Of a DNA stretch of 64,000 bases, positions 1 through 11,136 are shown in pieces. The notes under the pieces were generated by a model, which was given only the letters and a program-made list of their open reading frames with translations, was not told the DNA's origin and did not search any database. Positions within the stretch are counted from its first letter, which is position 1; the number at the start of each line of letters is the position of its first letter. This stretch comes from an uncultured Chloroflexia bacterium. GTDB taxonomy: Bacteria > Chloroflexota > Limnocylindria > Limnocylindrales > CSP1-4. The DNA is taken from NCBI GenBank assembly GCA_963728745.1, contig CAVSKY010000001.1, forward strand, positions 329,972 through 393,971, written 5' to 3'. The position numbers and the translations under genes are program-made.

Positions 1-907
1 AGCCTGCGCCCGGTGCTCGCGGCGCTGCGGGCCGGCAAGGTCGTCGCCACAGCCAATAAGGAGACGCTGGTCGCGGGCGGTCATCTCGTGATGCCCGAGG
101 CACGGCGACTCGCCGACGCGGTGGCCGGCACGAGACCCGGCGATCCCTTCGCGGAGTCCGCTGGCCTGGCTCCGTCCGATCGACTCCGAGCATTCGGCGA
201 TCTGGCAGTGCCTGGTCGGGGAGTCGATGGCCGCGGTCGATGGTCTGATCCTGACCGCCTCCGGCGGACCGTTCCTCGACGCCACGCCGGAGCAGCTCGC
301 GACGGTCACCCCGGAGCAGGCGCTGCAGCATCCGACCTGGACGATGGGCGCCAAGATCACCATCGACTCGGCGACGCTCGCCAACAAGGGGCTGGAGGTC
401 ATCGAGGCGCACTGGCTGTACGATGTCGATTACGACGCGATCGAGGTGGTCATCCACCCGCAGAGCGTCGTCCACTCCGCCGTCCGCTTCGTCGACGGCT
501 CCCTCAAGGCCCAGTTGGGCACCCCGGATATGCACCTCCCGATCCAGTACGCCATGACCTACCCCGACCGCCGCCCGTCACCGACCGCGGCCGCCGACCT
601 CGTCGCCACCGGGCGGCTCGACTTCCGGGCGCCCGATGTCGACCAATTCCCGGCGCTGCGGATCGCGCAGCAGGCCGGCAAGGCCGGACCACGGGCGTCG
701 GCGGCACTCATCGCGGCCGATGACGTGGCCGTGGCGCGCTTCCTCGAGGGCACCCTCGATTTCGCCGGGATCCCGCGGTTGCTGGCCGCCGCCGTCGAGC
801 GATACGGGACGGCTGGTGACGGCGAGCCTGACGTCGATGCGCTGGTCGCGCTCGATGCAGAGGTGCGCGCAGCGTTCGCGAGCGGCTCGGTGGGCGGCGC
901 GGCGTGA
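1..907 (+). CDS. dxr: 1-deoxy-D-xylulose 5-phosphate reductoisomerase (Dxr), 5'-partial, with an apparent +1 frame change near nt 105-175
   Basis: Frame 1 reads ...AGKVVATANKETLVAGGHLVMPEARRLADAV. Frame 2 continues ...RPIDSEHSAIWQCLVGE...LTASGGPF...HPTWTMGAKITIDSATLANKGLEVIEAHWL (Dxr motifs). The two segments lie in different frames. Confidence 0.75.
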
Positions 908-2021
908 TCGACCTCCTCCAGACGGTCGTCACGGTCGTCCTGTTCTTCGGCATCCTCGGGACCCTCGTGGTGATCCACGAGCTCGGGCATTTCATCGTCG
1001 CGCGGCTTGCCGGCGTGCGGGTGCTGGAGTTCGGGATCGGCTTCCCGCCACGGGCGAAAGTGCTGCGCTCGAAGGGCGAGACCCTCTACACGCTCAACTG
1101 GCTGCCGATCGGCGGGTTCGTCAAGCTCGAAGGCGAGGACGGCGATAGTCGTGGCGACCCGCGCTCGTTCTCGGCGAAGAGCCTCCCGACACGCCTGTTG
1201 ATCCTCGTCTCTGGCGTCGTGATGAACGTGCTGCTGGCGTTCGCGATCTTCACCGGCATCGTCTGGCTGGCGTCGCCGGTGGTCGGCGTCCGGTTCTTCG
1301 AGGTCCAGCCGGGCTCCCCGGCGGCGACCGCGGGGCTCGAGCCCGGGGACGCGATCGTGGCGGTCGATGGCCAGCGCTACCAGAGCTTCGTCGCTCCCAG
1401 CATCCTCGAAGCGATCCGTGCACGCCCCGGTCAGACGGTCGGATTGACTGTGGTCGGTAGCGACGGGGCGCGCCGGGAGGTGACGGTCACGCTGCGCGAC
1501 CAGGCCGCGATCGATGCTGGTCAGGGCGCGTTGGGGATCAGCGGGCTGGAGAAGCCGTTCGAGGGCTACTTCGACGGGGCGACTACGACCAACGATCTGT
1601 CGACGGCCGTGGGTGTCGGTGTGCAGCAAACGACACAATGGATGGGCCTGATCGTCGGTGGTCTGGCGACGCTGGTCGGCGCGGTAGCGGCAGATCCCAC
1701 CGCCCCGCCACCGGTCGCCGGGCCGATCGGGATCGCCGTGCAGATCGGCGAGGTGTTCCGGAACGCCGGTCCGATCATGACGCTGTATGTCGCCGGCATC
1801 CTGTCGGCCAACCTGGCCGTCGTGAACATCCTGCCGTTCCCGCCACTCGATGGCGGTCGGATGCTGATGATCACGTTGAAGCGGATCTTCGGGAAGCGGA
1901 TCAGTCTTCGCGCAGAACAGCTGACCTACCTTGTCGGCTTCGTGTTCCTGTTCGCGTTCATCATCTGGGTGTCGGGCTTCGACATCATCCGAAGCCTGGG
2001 TGGAGCTCCGCCGCCCTCGCC

Positions 2022-2025
<4 letters not shown>
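904..2025 (+). CDS. rseP: Site-2 protease, M50 family zinc metalloprotease with PDZ domain (RseP/Rip1-like)
   Basis: HELGH zinc motif within N-terminal TM helix, PDZ segment, C-terminal LDGG motif. 4-nt overlap with dxr stop. Conserved dxr-rseP-ispG order. Confidence 0.9.
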
Positions 2026-3248
<1,223 letters not shown>

Positions 3249-3254
3249 TCTCGA

Positions 3255-4742
3255 TCAGGTCCGTCCCTCGGGATCCTCGAGTCCGCCCTCCGCATGCCCA
3301 CTACAGACGAAGGCGTGGGGCGGTGTCGCGGCGTCGATGCGCTCGATGAGCCGCGCGCCGTCACGCCACTCGGCTGCGTCGATCGTGATCTGGACCGCAT
3401 CCGGGCCGTGCAGTCGCCGGGTGTCGCCGTCGTGCACGGCCGCCAGCATGTCCGCGAAGCGGATCGTCAGCCGCTCCGTCGGTGAGAAGCGCAGCGTGAC
3501 AGCGTCCTCGCCGACGACGAGCCGCGCCTTGGGTCCGCGGCCTGGCAGGTGGAACCCGCTCGGTGCGTAGGTGTCGCCGGTCGCCACAGCGGTCGACCAG
3601 TCGGGCACCTGCGTGAGGCGGTCGGGAGCCGGGTTGTCGCCGTTCCCGAAGGCCATGAGCGACTCCAGCGCCGGGCGCATCAGCTCCCGAGCGGCATCCG
3701 GCGTGACTGCCTCGCGCTGACGGATGAAGTCCTCGGGATCGCGGAGTGAATCGCCGAGCAGCACGTCGAACGCGGTCTCGAACACAAAGCCCAGTCGCGC
3801 ATCGTCGTGCTCCCAGCTGCGTCGGACAGCGGTGACCTCGTAGGCAAGCTCCTCGGGTGTCGGTCCGTCGGTCGCGAATTGATCGAGGATCTCCAGCATC
3901 AGGCCCTGGACCCGGCAGGTCTGCCGATCGTCGGCCTCGGTGGTCATCGCGACATGGGCCATGTCGCCGGCGATGCGGTCGTAGTCGAAGTCGACGTCGT
4001 AGACAGCGCCGATGTCGAAGCGAAGGCGTGACCGCATGCGGCGATGGAGGATGTTGGCGACCATGTTCGCCCCAGGCTGCCGCGGCGTCACGTACGTCAG
4101 CGCGACACCAGGCGCGTTCCACTTGACGTAGGCGGGCAGCGTGGTCTCCGCGGCGGACGTGAGAGCGGCCGCCGGGAACCGCTCGCCGTCATGCAGGTTG
4201 AGTCGGATGCCGTCCGGTGGTCCACTGAGCACGAGCACGGCGTTCGAGCGGCCGAAGCGCTCGTCCGCCCACGCCCGCACCAACCCCTCGCCCAGCCACA
4301 GGATCCCGAACTCCTCCTCGGCTGTCGCCCCGGCACCTACACCTCCGAAGCGGTAACCACGAAGCGCATCACCGAGGCCGCGGCTGTTCTCCTCGGCCTC
4401 GCGCCGCAGGATCGATCGCTCGATCAGCAGTCGACTCGTCGGGAGGTTCGCCAACGCGTGCGTCGCGTCGGCGAGGAACGTGCTGACGTCCGCACGTGAT
4501 CCGGTCACCTGGAAGATGGTCCGGAGCGTCTCGACACCGCCGTTGTGCTCGTACTCCTGGACGCCCAGTGGTGCCAGCGCGAGGTGCTCGACGAGATGGG
4601 TGATCCCGTAGCGTGCCGGGGCCTCATCGGCGCGGCCCACGCGGAAGGTCAGTGCGGCGCTGAACGGACCGGGCACGTCCAACCAGTAGGCATCGACGCC
4701 GTCGATCTGGTCATGCTGGATGATGCCGAATGCTGCCGACAC
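3255..4742 (-). CDS. M16 (insulinase/pitrilysin) family metallopeptidase-like protein
   Basis: HxxEH motif (ITHLVEHLA) near the N-terminus in a 495-aa ORF with coding-like GC3. Family assignment from the motif only. Confidence 0.55.
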   Translation of the reverse strand: MSAAFGIIQHDQIDGVDAYWLDVPGPFSAALTFRVGRADEAPARYGITHLVEHLALAPLGVQEYEHNGGVETLRTIFQVTGSRADVSTFLADATHALANLPTSRLLIERSILRREAEENSRGLGDALRGYRFGGVGAGATAEEEFGILWLGEGLVRAWADERFGRSNAVLVLSGPPDGIRLNLHDGERFPAAALTSAAETTLPAYVKWNAPGVALTYVTPRQPGANMVANILHRRMRSRLRFDIGAVYDVDFDYDRIAGDMAHVAMTTEADDRQTCRVQGLMLEILDQFATDGPTPEELAYEVTAVRRSWEHDDARLGFVFETAFDVLLGDSLRDPEDFIRQREAVTPDAARELMRPALESLMAFGNGDNPAPDRLTQVPDWSTAVATGDTYAPSGFHLPGRGPKARLVVGEDAVTLRFSPTERLTIRFADMLAAVHDGDTRRLHGPDAVQITIDAAEWRDGARLIERIDAATPPHAFVCSGHAEGGLEDPEGRT

Positions 4743-4949
4743 GGTGCCTCCCTTCGGATCGGTGCAGGCTAGCAGTCGACCTGCGCGCTCGTCTGGTGAA
4801 GCTCGCCGTCCCGCTCGGCGACCATCGACTCGTCCACGCAGCCGGGTGTATACTCAGCCCAACTGAACGGCCGCTCCGCGACGTGGGTGACCCCCACGTT
4901 TTTTTTCGGACCGGTCGTTGCTTGGCATTCGGCGTGGAAGGAGGCGATC

Positions 4950-6410
4950 GTGAGTCGAGACTTCGTGGGCGCCCTCCTTCAGCTGAACGCAGAGAAGCAG
5001 GTCTCGCGCGAGCAGCTCATCGGGGCGGTGGAGGACGGGATCCAGTCCGCCTACCGGCGCGTGGCCGGCGACGAGGACATCCACGTCCGGATCGACGCCG
5101 AATTGGGTCGCATCCGCGTGTACCGTGCGCGTCTCGTCGTCGAGGAGATCGAGGACGAGCTGACCCAGATCCTCGTCGAGGACGCCCGCAAGTTCGACGC
5201 GAACGCCAAGCCCGGTGATGTGGTCGAGACGGAGCAGCTCGACGGGGACGTCTTCGGGCGCATCGGGGCGCAGACCGCCAAGCAGATCGTCCTGCAGCGC
5301 ATCCGGGAGGTCGAGCGCGACCAGGTCTTCGACCAGTTCGCCAGCCGCGAAGGTGAGCTGATCACCGGCACGGTCAACCGTGTCGAGCCGCGCGCGATCA
5401 TCCTCGACGTCGGCAAGAACACCGAGGCGATCCTCGCAACGACCGAGCAGAGCGCGCTCGAGCACTACCGCATCGGCCAGAACGTGAAGGCGTTCGTCCT
5501 CGAGGTCCGCCGGTCCGTGCGCGGGCCACAGATCTTCGTGAGCCGCACGCACAAGGGCTTCCTGCGCCGGCTGTTCGAGCTCGAGGTGCCGGAGATCCAC
5601 AACGGCACGGTCGAGATCAAGGCCATCGCCCGTGAGGCGGGGAGTCGCTCCAAGGTCGGCGTGTCTTCGCGCCAGGACGGGCTCGATCCGGTCGGTGCGA
5701 CCGTCGGTCAGCGCGGGGCGCGCGTGCAGGCCGTCGTTGCGGAGCTCGCCGGCGAGAAGATCGACGTGATCCCATGGAATGAAGACCCGGCGCTGTTCGT
5801 GGCCAATGCGCTGAGTCCTGCCCAGGTCCTGTCGGTCGATATCGACGAGGAGAAGCGGATCGCCTCGGTGACGGTGCCCGAGCGGATGCTGTCGCTGGCG
5901 ATCGGACGCGAGGGCCAGAACGCCCGATTGGCCGCGCGCCTGACCGGCTGGCGGATCGACATCCGCAGCGACGTGTCGGTAGCGGAGGCAAAGGCCGCCG
6001 CCGAGGCGGACGTCACGCAGCCTGCTGCGGCGGAGGCGTCATCGGCCGCTGCCGGTGCGCTCCCTACTGACGCACCGTCGGACGCCGAGGCGGCGGTCAC
6101 TCCTGGAGAAGGCGCGACGGCCGAGCCGGCGCCGGCGAAGCCCAAGCGGACCACCAAGAAGTCGGCTGCGGCCCCCGCGTCCGAAGCGACCGACGGCGTC
6201 ACCGCCGAGGCACCAACAAAGCCGAAGCGGACCACCAAGAAGGCGGCTACAGCCGCGACGACAGAGGCGGCGGACAGCGTCGCCGCGGAGGCGCCGGCGA
6301 AGCCGAAGCGGGCGACGAAGAAGGCCGCGGCATCGGCACCCGACATGCCTGAAGAGCCAGCTGCCGAGACGACGCCGGCCCAGACGCCGCCCGCCGAGGT
6401 GACGTCGTAG
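4950..6410 (+). CDS. nusA: Transcription termination/antitermination factor NusA with a low-complexity basic C-terminal repeat tail
   Basis: NusA N-terminal domain, S1 and KH regions (e.g. GREGQNARLAARLTGWRIDI). GTG 4950 preceded by GGAAGGAGG RBS. Tail has 3 AEAPaKPKRtTKKaA repeats. Confidence 0.9.
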   Translation: MSRDFVGALLQLNAEKQVSREQLIGAVEDGIQSAYRRVAGDEDIHVRIDAELGRIRVYRARLVVEEIEDELTQILVEDARKFDANAKPGDVVETEQLDGDVFGRIGAQTAKQIVLQRIREVERDQVFDQFASREGELITGTVNRVEPRAIILDVGKNTEAILATTEQSALEHYRIGQNVKAFVLEVRRSVRGPQIFVSRTHKGFLRRLFELEVPEIHNGTVEIKAIAREAGSRSKVGVSSRQDGLDPVGATVGQRGARVQAVVAELAGEKIDVIPWNEDPALFVANALSPAQVLSVDIDEEKRIASVTVPERMLSLAIGREGQNARLAARLTGWRIDIRSDVSVAEAKAAAEADVTQPAAAEASSAAAGALPTDAPSDAEAAVTPGEGATAEPAPAKPKRTTKKSAAAPASEATDGVTAEAPTKPKRTTKKAATAATTEAADSVAAEAPAKPKRATKKAAASAPDMPEEPAAETTPAQTPPAEVTS

Positions 6411-6463
6411 CCGCCCCGGCCCAGCGCTCGGCGAAGGCCGTCGCGCCACGCCACGTCCCGACG

Positions 6464-6739
6464 CGGACATGCGTTGCGTGCCGCACGCCGCGTGCCAAAC
6501 AGGAGCTTCGCCGGATCGTGCGCACGCCGGTCGGCGATGTCACCGTCGACCCGACCGGCCGGCTGGCCGGCCGTGGCGCGTACGTCTGCCCCGATACGGA
6601 CTGCTTGACCATCGCTATCAAGAAGGGCGCCCTGAGTCGGGCGCTGGAGACACCGCTCCCGGCGACGTTCCTCGCGAGCGTCGATCCCGGAGCCACCAAC
6701 ATGCTTACCACCGAAGGAGGGCCCATTGGCCAGGAGTAG
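6464..6739 (+). CDS. ylxR: YlxR/DUF448 family RNA-binding protein (start codon unresolved)
   Basis: RTCVACRTPRAKQELRRIVRTPVGDVTVDPTGRLAGRGAYVCP matches YlxR. The conserved RTCVAC segment lies upstream of the first in-frame GTG (6518) with no canonical start in frame. Confidence 0.7.
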   Translation, partial: RTCVACRTPRAKQELRRIVRTPVGDVTVDPTGRLAGRGAYVCPDTDCLTIAIKKGALSRALETPLPATFLASVDPGATNMLTTEGGPIGQE

Positions 6740-8633
6740 GAGCGGCACCCGCGGCCGGCGCGGACCGCGCAAGCCGCCGCGTCGAGACAACGCGTTCGCC
6801 TCGCAGGTCCAGGTCGTCGATCCGCGTGAGCGGGGAGCGATCGAGCTGCCCGGCACCATCACCGTCAAGGAGCTTGCCGACCTGCTCGCGGTCAACGTCG
6901 CGGACGTCATCCGCGAGCTGATCAAGAGCGGGATCTTCGCGACGATCAACCAGCTGATCGACCGTGACACGGCGTCGCTCGTGGCGTCCGAACTCGGCTA
7001 CGAGGTCGCGGAGACCGTCGCGGCGTCGACGAACGGGACCGGTCCGGAGACCGAGACTGACGGTGCCGCGCCCGAGGCCGCCAAGGAGGTCCTCTTCGAG
7101 GAGGACGATCCGAAGCAGCTCCAGCCGCGCGCCCCGATCGTGACCGTGATGGGCCACGTCGACCACGGCAAGACCAGCCTGCTCGACGCGCTCCGCTCGA
7201 CCGAGGTGGCGGCGGGCGAGCGGGGCGGGATCACCCAGCACATCGGCGCATCCGAGGTCGTCCACGACGACAAGCGGGTCGTCTTCCTCGACACGCCCGG
7301 TCACGAGGCGTTCACGGCGATGCGTGCCCGCGGCGCCCGCGTCACGGACATCGCGATCATCGTGGTCGCGGCCGACGACGGTGTGATGCCCCAGACGCTG
7401 GAGGCCATCAGCCACGCCAAGGCGGCCAAGGTGCCGATCATCATCGCGCTCAACAAGATCGACAAGCCCGACGCCGACCCGACGAGGGTGAAGACCGAGC
7501 TGACCGAAGCCGGCATCGTCATCGAGGAGTACGGCGGCGAGGTGCCGCTCGTCCCCGTGTCTGCCAAGAGCGGTGAGGGGCTGAACGAGCTGATCGAGAT
7601 GGTGCTGCTCGTCAGCGATCTCCAGGAGCTCACGGCGAACCCGGACCGGCCGGCGATCGGCACGATCGTCGAAGCCCAGCTCGACAAGAACCGTGGCGCG
7701 GTCGCGACCGCCCTGGTCCAGACCGGCACGCTCAAGGTCGGCGACATCATCGTCGTCGGCGAGACGTTCGGACGTGTCCGGGCGCTCGAGAACGACCGCG
7801 GCAAGCGCGTCAAGCAGACCGGACCGGCCAGCGCCGTCGTGGTACTCGGCCTGTCCGAGGTGCCGGAGGCCGGCGACATCCTGCGCGTCGTCACGGACGA
7901 CAAGGCCGCCCGGTCGGCTGTCGAGGTGCGCAAGACCGAGGTCGCGAGCAAGGGTGGCGACGGCAGCGGCCGGGCGACGCTCGAGGACCTGTATCGGCAG
8001 ATCCAGGCCGGTCAGGCCAAGGAGCTGCGCATCATCCTCAAGTCCGACGTATCGGGCTCGCTCGGTGCGATCACCCACGCCCTCGAGCAGCTCGATCAGG
8101 ACGAGGTCCGGATCAACGTGCTGCACGAGGCAGCCGGCGACATCACCGACAACGACATCATGCTGGCGGCCGCATCGAACGCGATCGTGGTCGGCTTCAG
8201 CACGTCGATCACCGACACGGCCCGGCGTGCTGCCGAGGCCGAAGGGGTCGACGTCCGCCTGTACGACATCATCTACAAGCTCACCGATGACATCGACGCG
8301 GCGCTCAAGGGCCTGCTCGAGCCGGAGGTGGTCGAAGTCGTCGAGGGTCGCGCCGAGGTGCGCCAGATCATCCGCGTCGGCAAGAACACGGTCATCGCCG
8401 GTTCGTACGTCACCGACGGACGGATCGTGCGCGGTGGCGCCCGCGTCTACCGAGGCGGCAAGGTCATCGTGACCGACCGGATCGAGTCGCTGCGGCGGTT
8501 CCGGGACGACGTTCGCGAAGTGCAGACCAACTACGAGTGCGGCATCGGCCTGGCGTCCTTCACCGATCTGGAAGAGGGCGACGTGATCGAGTGCTTCACG
8601 ACCCAGACGATCAGTCGCGTCGCGACCGCGTGA
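6726..8633 (+). CDS. infB: Translation initiation factor IF-2 (short N-terminus)
   Basis: G-domain [32 protein letters not shown] 6726 follows an AGGAGG-like RBS. 635 aa. Confidence 0.92.
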   Translation: MARSRSGTRGRRGPRKPPRRDNAFASQVQVVDPRERGAIELPGTITVKELADLLAVNVADVIRELIKSGIFATINQLIDRDTASLVASELGYEVAETVAASTNGTGPETETDGAAPEAAKEVLFEEDDPKQLQPRAPIVTVMGHVDHGKTSLLDALRSTEVAAGERGGITQHIGASEVVHDDKRVVFLDTPGHEAFTAMRARGARVTDIAIIVVAADDGVMPQTLEAISHAKAAKVPIIIALNKIDKPDADPTRVKTELTEAGIVIEEYGGEVPLVPVSAKSGEGLNELIEMVLLVSDLQELTANPDRPAIGTIVEAQLDKNRGAVATALVQTGTLKVGDIIVVGETFGRVRALENDRGKRVKQTGPASAVVVLGLSEVPEAGDILRVVTDDKAARSAVEVRKTEVASKGGDGSGRATLEDLYRQIQAGQAKELRIILKSDVSGSLGAITHALEQLDQDEVRINVLHEAAGDITDNDIMLAAASNAIVVGFSTSITDTARRAAEAEGVDVRLYDIIYKLTDDIDAALKGLLEPEVVEVVEGRAEVRQIIRVGKNTVIAGSYVTDGRIVRGGARVYRGGKVIVTDRIESLRRFRDDVREVQTNYECGIGLASFTDLEEGDVIECFTTQTISRVATA

Positions 8634-8639
8634 TGCCGG

Positions 8640-9146
8640 GTGAGCCAGCGTACTGACCGCATCGACGAGCTCCTGCGGCAGGAGATCGGCAGCATCGTGA
8701 CACGTGAGGTCGCGGATCCGCGCATCGGGTTCGCGACGATCACGAAGGTCGAGACCACGCCCGACCTGCGCCACGCCAAGGTCTGGGTGAGCGTCATCGG
8801 CCAGCCGAAGGAACGCGCGCTGACCATCTCGGCGCTGAGCCGGGCGATGCCGTTCGTCCGGCGTGAGCTCGGCCGGTCGCTCCGGCTGAAGCGGATCCCG
8901 GACCTCCACGTCGAGCTCGACGACACCGCCGAGCGTGGCACGCGCGTCATGCACCTGCTCGACGAGCTGCGCGAGGGTGTGGCCCGGGACACTGATCAGC
9001 CGCTGGGCGAAACGCTGCCGACGCCGGTCGCCCGCGTCCAGCATGAGGGCGACGCGGACGAGCCACCCTCGGCAGTGATCCCGCCGAAGCCCCGCCGTCG
9101 GCGTGGCGGGCCTTCCGCGCGAACGTCGACTCGCAAGCGTCGATGA
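8640..9146 (+). CDS. rbfA: Ribosome-binding factor A with basic C-terminal extension
   Basis: RIDELLRQEIGSIVTREVADPRIGFATITKVETTPDLRHAKVWVSV matches RbfA. Confidence 0.88.
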   Translation: MSQRTDRIDELLRQEIGSIVTREVADPRIGFATITKVETTPDLRHAKVWVSVIGQPKERALTISALSRAMPFVRRELGRSLRLKRIPDLHVELDDTAERGTRVMHLLDELREGVARDTDQPLGETLPTPVARVQHEGDADEPPSAVIPPKPRRRRGGPSARTSTRKRR

Positions 9147-10162
9147 CGGTCGACCTGGCGGCCGACGTCGCCGCGATCCCGACGGTCGTCGTCGACCGGC
9201 TCAAGGGCGCCAGACGGATCCTCGCGGTGGGCCACGAGAACCCCGACGCGGACACCCTCGGTGCGACGCTGGCCATCGTCCGGATCGGCGAGGCGCTCGG
9301 CGCCACGGTCGATCCCGTCTGCACGGACCCCGTCCCGCCGCTGTACGACTTCCTCGAGGGGATCGACCGCGTTCGCACCGATCCCGATCCGGCCGTTCCG
9401 TACGACCTGCTCGTCGTCTCCGATTGCGCCACCCTGGAGCGGGTCGGCGCCGTCGGCGAACGCCACCGCGAGCTCTTCGATCGGCTCCCGAGGGTCGTCA
9501 TCGATCATCACGCGTCCAACGACGCAGTCGCGGAAGGGGACTGGATCGAGCCTGCCGCCGCGGCGACGTGCGAGATGGTCACGCTCCTCGCGCTGCGGCT
9601 CGGAATCCCGCTGGACATGGCCGACGGCGCGCTGGCGACCGCGCTGATGGCCGGCATCGTGATGGATACCGCAACGTTCGCCCATCCCAACTCGACCCCT
9701 CGGACGCTGGCGGTCTCGGCCGCACTGCTCGAGGCCGGGGCGCCGCTGTCGGACATCTCGCGGCGCCTGTATCGATCCAAGCCGGCCGCCCAGTTGCAAC
9801 TCTTCGGCCGGGTCCTCGATCGTCTGGAGGCGTTGGACGGCGGGCTCGTCGTGGTGTCCACGCTGCTCGACGCCGACCTCTCGGCGACCGGGACGCAACC
9901 GCCCCACGCCGAGGGCATCATCGACCTCCTTGCCCAGGCGGAGGTAGCCGAGGTGGCGATCCTGTTCAAGGAGGCCGGCGAGGCGACACGGATCAGCGTC
10001 CGGACCAAGCCCGGTGGGGTGGACGCGACGGCGCTGACGGGGGTGTTCGGCGGGGGCGGCCATGCGCGCGCCGCCGGTGCGACCGTCCCGCTCGCGTTGG
10101 ACAAGGCTCGCGAGGCGGTGCTGGCAGAAGCGCGGAAGGCGGCCGCGGCCGTCACCCGCTGA
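9143..10162 (+). CDS. nrnA: DHH-family phosphoesterase NrnA (nanoRNase / pAp phosphatase, CnpB-like)
   Basis: DHH motifs (GHENPDADTLG, VIDHH), DHHA1-like C-terminus (GGGHARAAGATV). Conserved position between rbfA and truB. Confidence 0.85.
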   Translation: MTVDLAADVAAIPTVVVDRLKGARRILAVGHENPDADTLGATLAIVRIGEALGATVDPVCTDPVPPLYDFLEGIDRVRTDPDPAVPYDLLVVSDCATLERVGAVGERHRELFDRLPRVVIDHHASNDAVAEGDWIEPAAAATCEMVTLLALRLGIPLDMADGALATALMAGIVMDTATFAHPNSTPRTLAVSAALLEAGAPLSDISRRLYRSKPAAQLQLFGRVLDRLEALDGGLVVVSTLLDADLSATGTQPPHAEGIIDLLAQAEVAEVAILFKEAGEATRISVRTKPGGVDATALTGVFGGGGHARAAGATVPLALDKAREAVLAEARKAAAAVTR

Positions 10163-11136
10163 TGGCTCGGTCCTCGCTCGGGCCAGGCCTCGACGGCATC
10201 CTGGTCGTCGATAAGCCGATCGGGCCGACCTCTCATGACCTCGTCGGGCTGGTGCGGCGCCTGGCCGCGACGAAGCGGGTCGGGCACGGCGGGACGCTCG
10301 ATCCGTTCGCATCCGGTGTCTTGCCGATCTTCCTCGGCCGCGCGACGCGGGTCGTCGAGTTCCACCTCGCCGATCGGAAGGCCTATCGGGCGACCATCTG
10401 CTTCGGCGCCTCGTCGACGACCGACGACCTGGAGGGTGAGATGACGCAGGCCACCGGCGCCGCGCCGAGCCGCGAGGTGATCGAGTCGGCACTACTCGCG
10501 TTCACCGGCACGATCTCGCAGCGGCCGCCCGACTTCTCCGCGATCAAGGTCGGAGGCCGGCGCGCCTATGCGGTCGCGCGCGCTGGCGGCACCGTCGAGC
10601 TGAAGGAGCGCGAGGTGACGATCGAGTCGCTGTCGCTCCTGACGTGGGATGACGGCGAGCCCGACCGGCCGATCGCGATCGTCGACGTCGTCTGCTCGGC
10701 CGGCACATACATCAGGGCGCTCGCCCGCGACCTCGGCGAGCATGTCGGGAGCGCGGCCTACCTCGGGGCGTTGCGGCGGACTGCTGCCGGCCCGTTCACC
10801 GAGGCCGATGCGATCCCGCTCGAGCGCGTGCGGGCGGCCGCGGCGCGCGGCCCGCAGCCGCTGGCCGAGCTGCTTCGACCCATCGACACCGGCCTGGATC
10901 GCTTTCCCAGCGTCGAACTCACGCCGGAGGAGGTCGCGGCAGTGGCGCGCGGGCAGTTCGTACGGCCGGCCGCCGGCGTCCCGGCCGGCCATGAGCACTA
11001 CCGCCTGCAGGGACCGGACGGCGCGCTGGTCGCGATCGCGATCCCGGCCGGGCCGGGCCGGCTTGCGCCGGACAAGGTGCTGGTCGCTGCCGAGACGCTG
11101 GCAGGCGCGACAGCGGGCTCCACGCCGGGCTGTTGA
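10162..11136 (+). CDS. truB: tRNA pseudouridine(55) synthase TruB
   Basis: ILVVDKPIGPTSHDLVGLVRR...GHGGTLDPFASGVLPIFLG catalytic motif. Start ATG overlaps the nrnA stop. Confidence 0.9.
   Translation: MARSSLGPGLDGILVVDKPIGPTSHDLVGLVRRLAATKRVGHGGTLDPFASGVLPIFLGRATRVVEFHLADRKAYRATICFGASSTTDDLEGEMTQATGAAPSREVIESALLAFTGTISQRPPDFSAIKVGGRRAYAVARAGGTVELKEREVTIESLSLLTWDDGEPDRPIAIVDVVCSAGTYIRALARDLGEHVGSAAYLGALRRTAAGPFTEADAIPLERVRAAAARGPQPLAELLRPIDTGLDRFPSVELTPEEVAAVARGQFVRPAAGVPAGHEHYRLQGPDGALVAIAIPAGPGRLAPDKVLVAAETLAGATAGSTPGC

Noticed and set aside
6705-9044. Very long antisense ORFs (for example 6705-9044 minus 779 aa, 14968-16296 minus, 13300-14850 minus, 559-1638 minus)
   Set aside because: These are typical stop-codon-poor shadow frames opposite strongly supported genes (infB, pnp, rseP) in a 70% GC genome. 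Their products are Arg/Asp/Gly/Leu-rich low-complexity sequences with no motifs.
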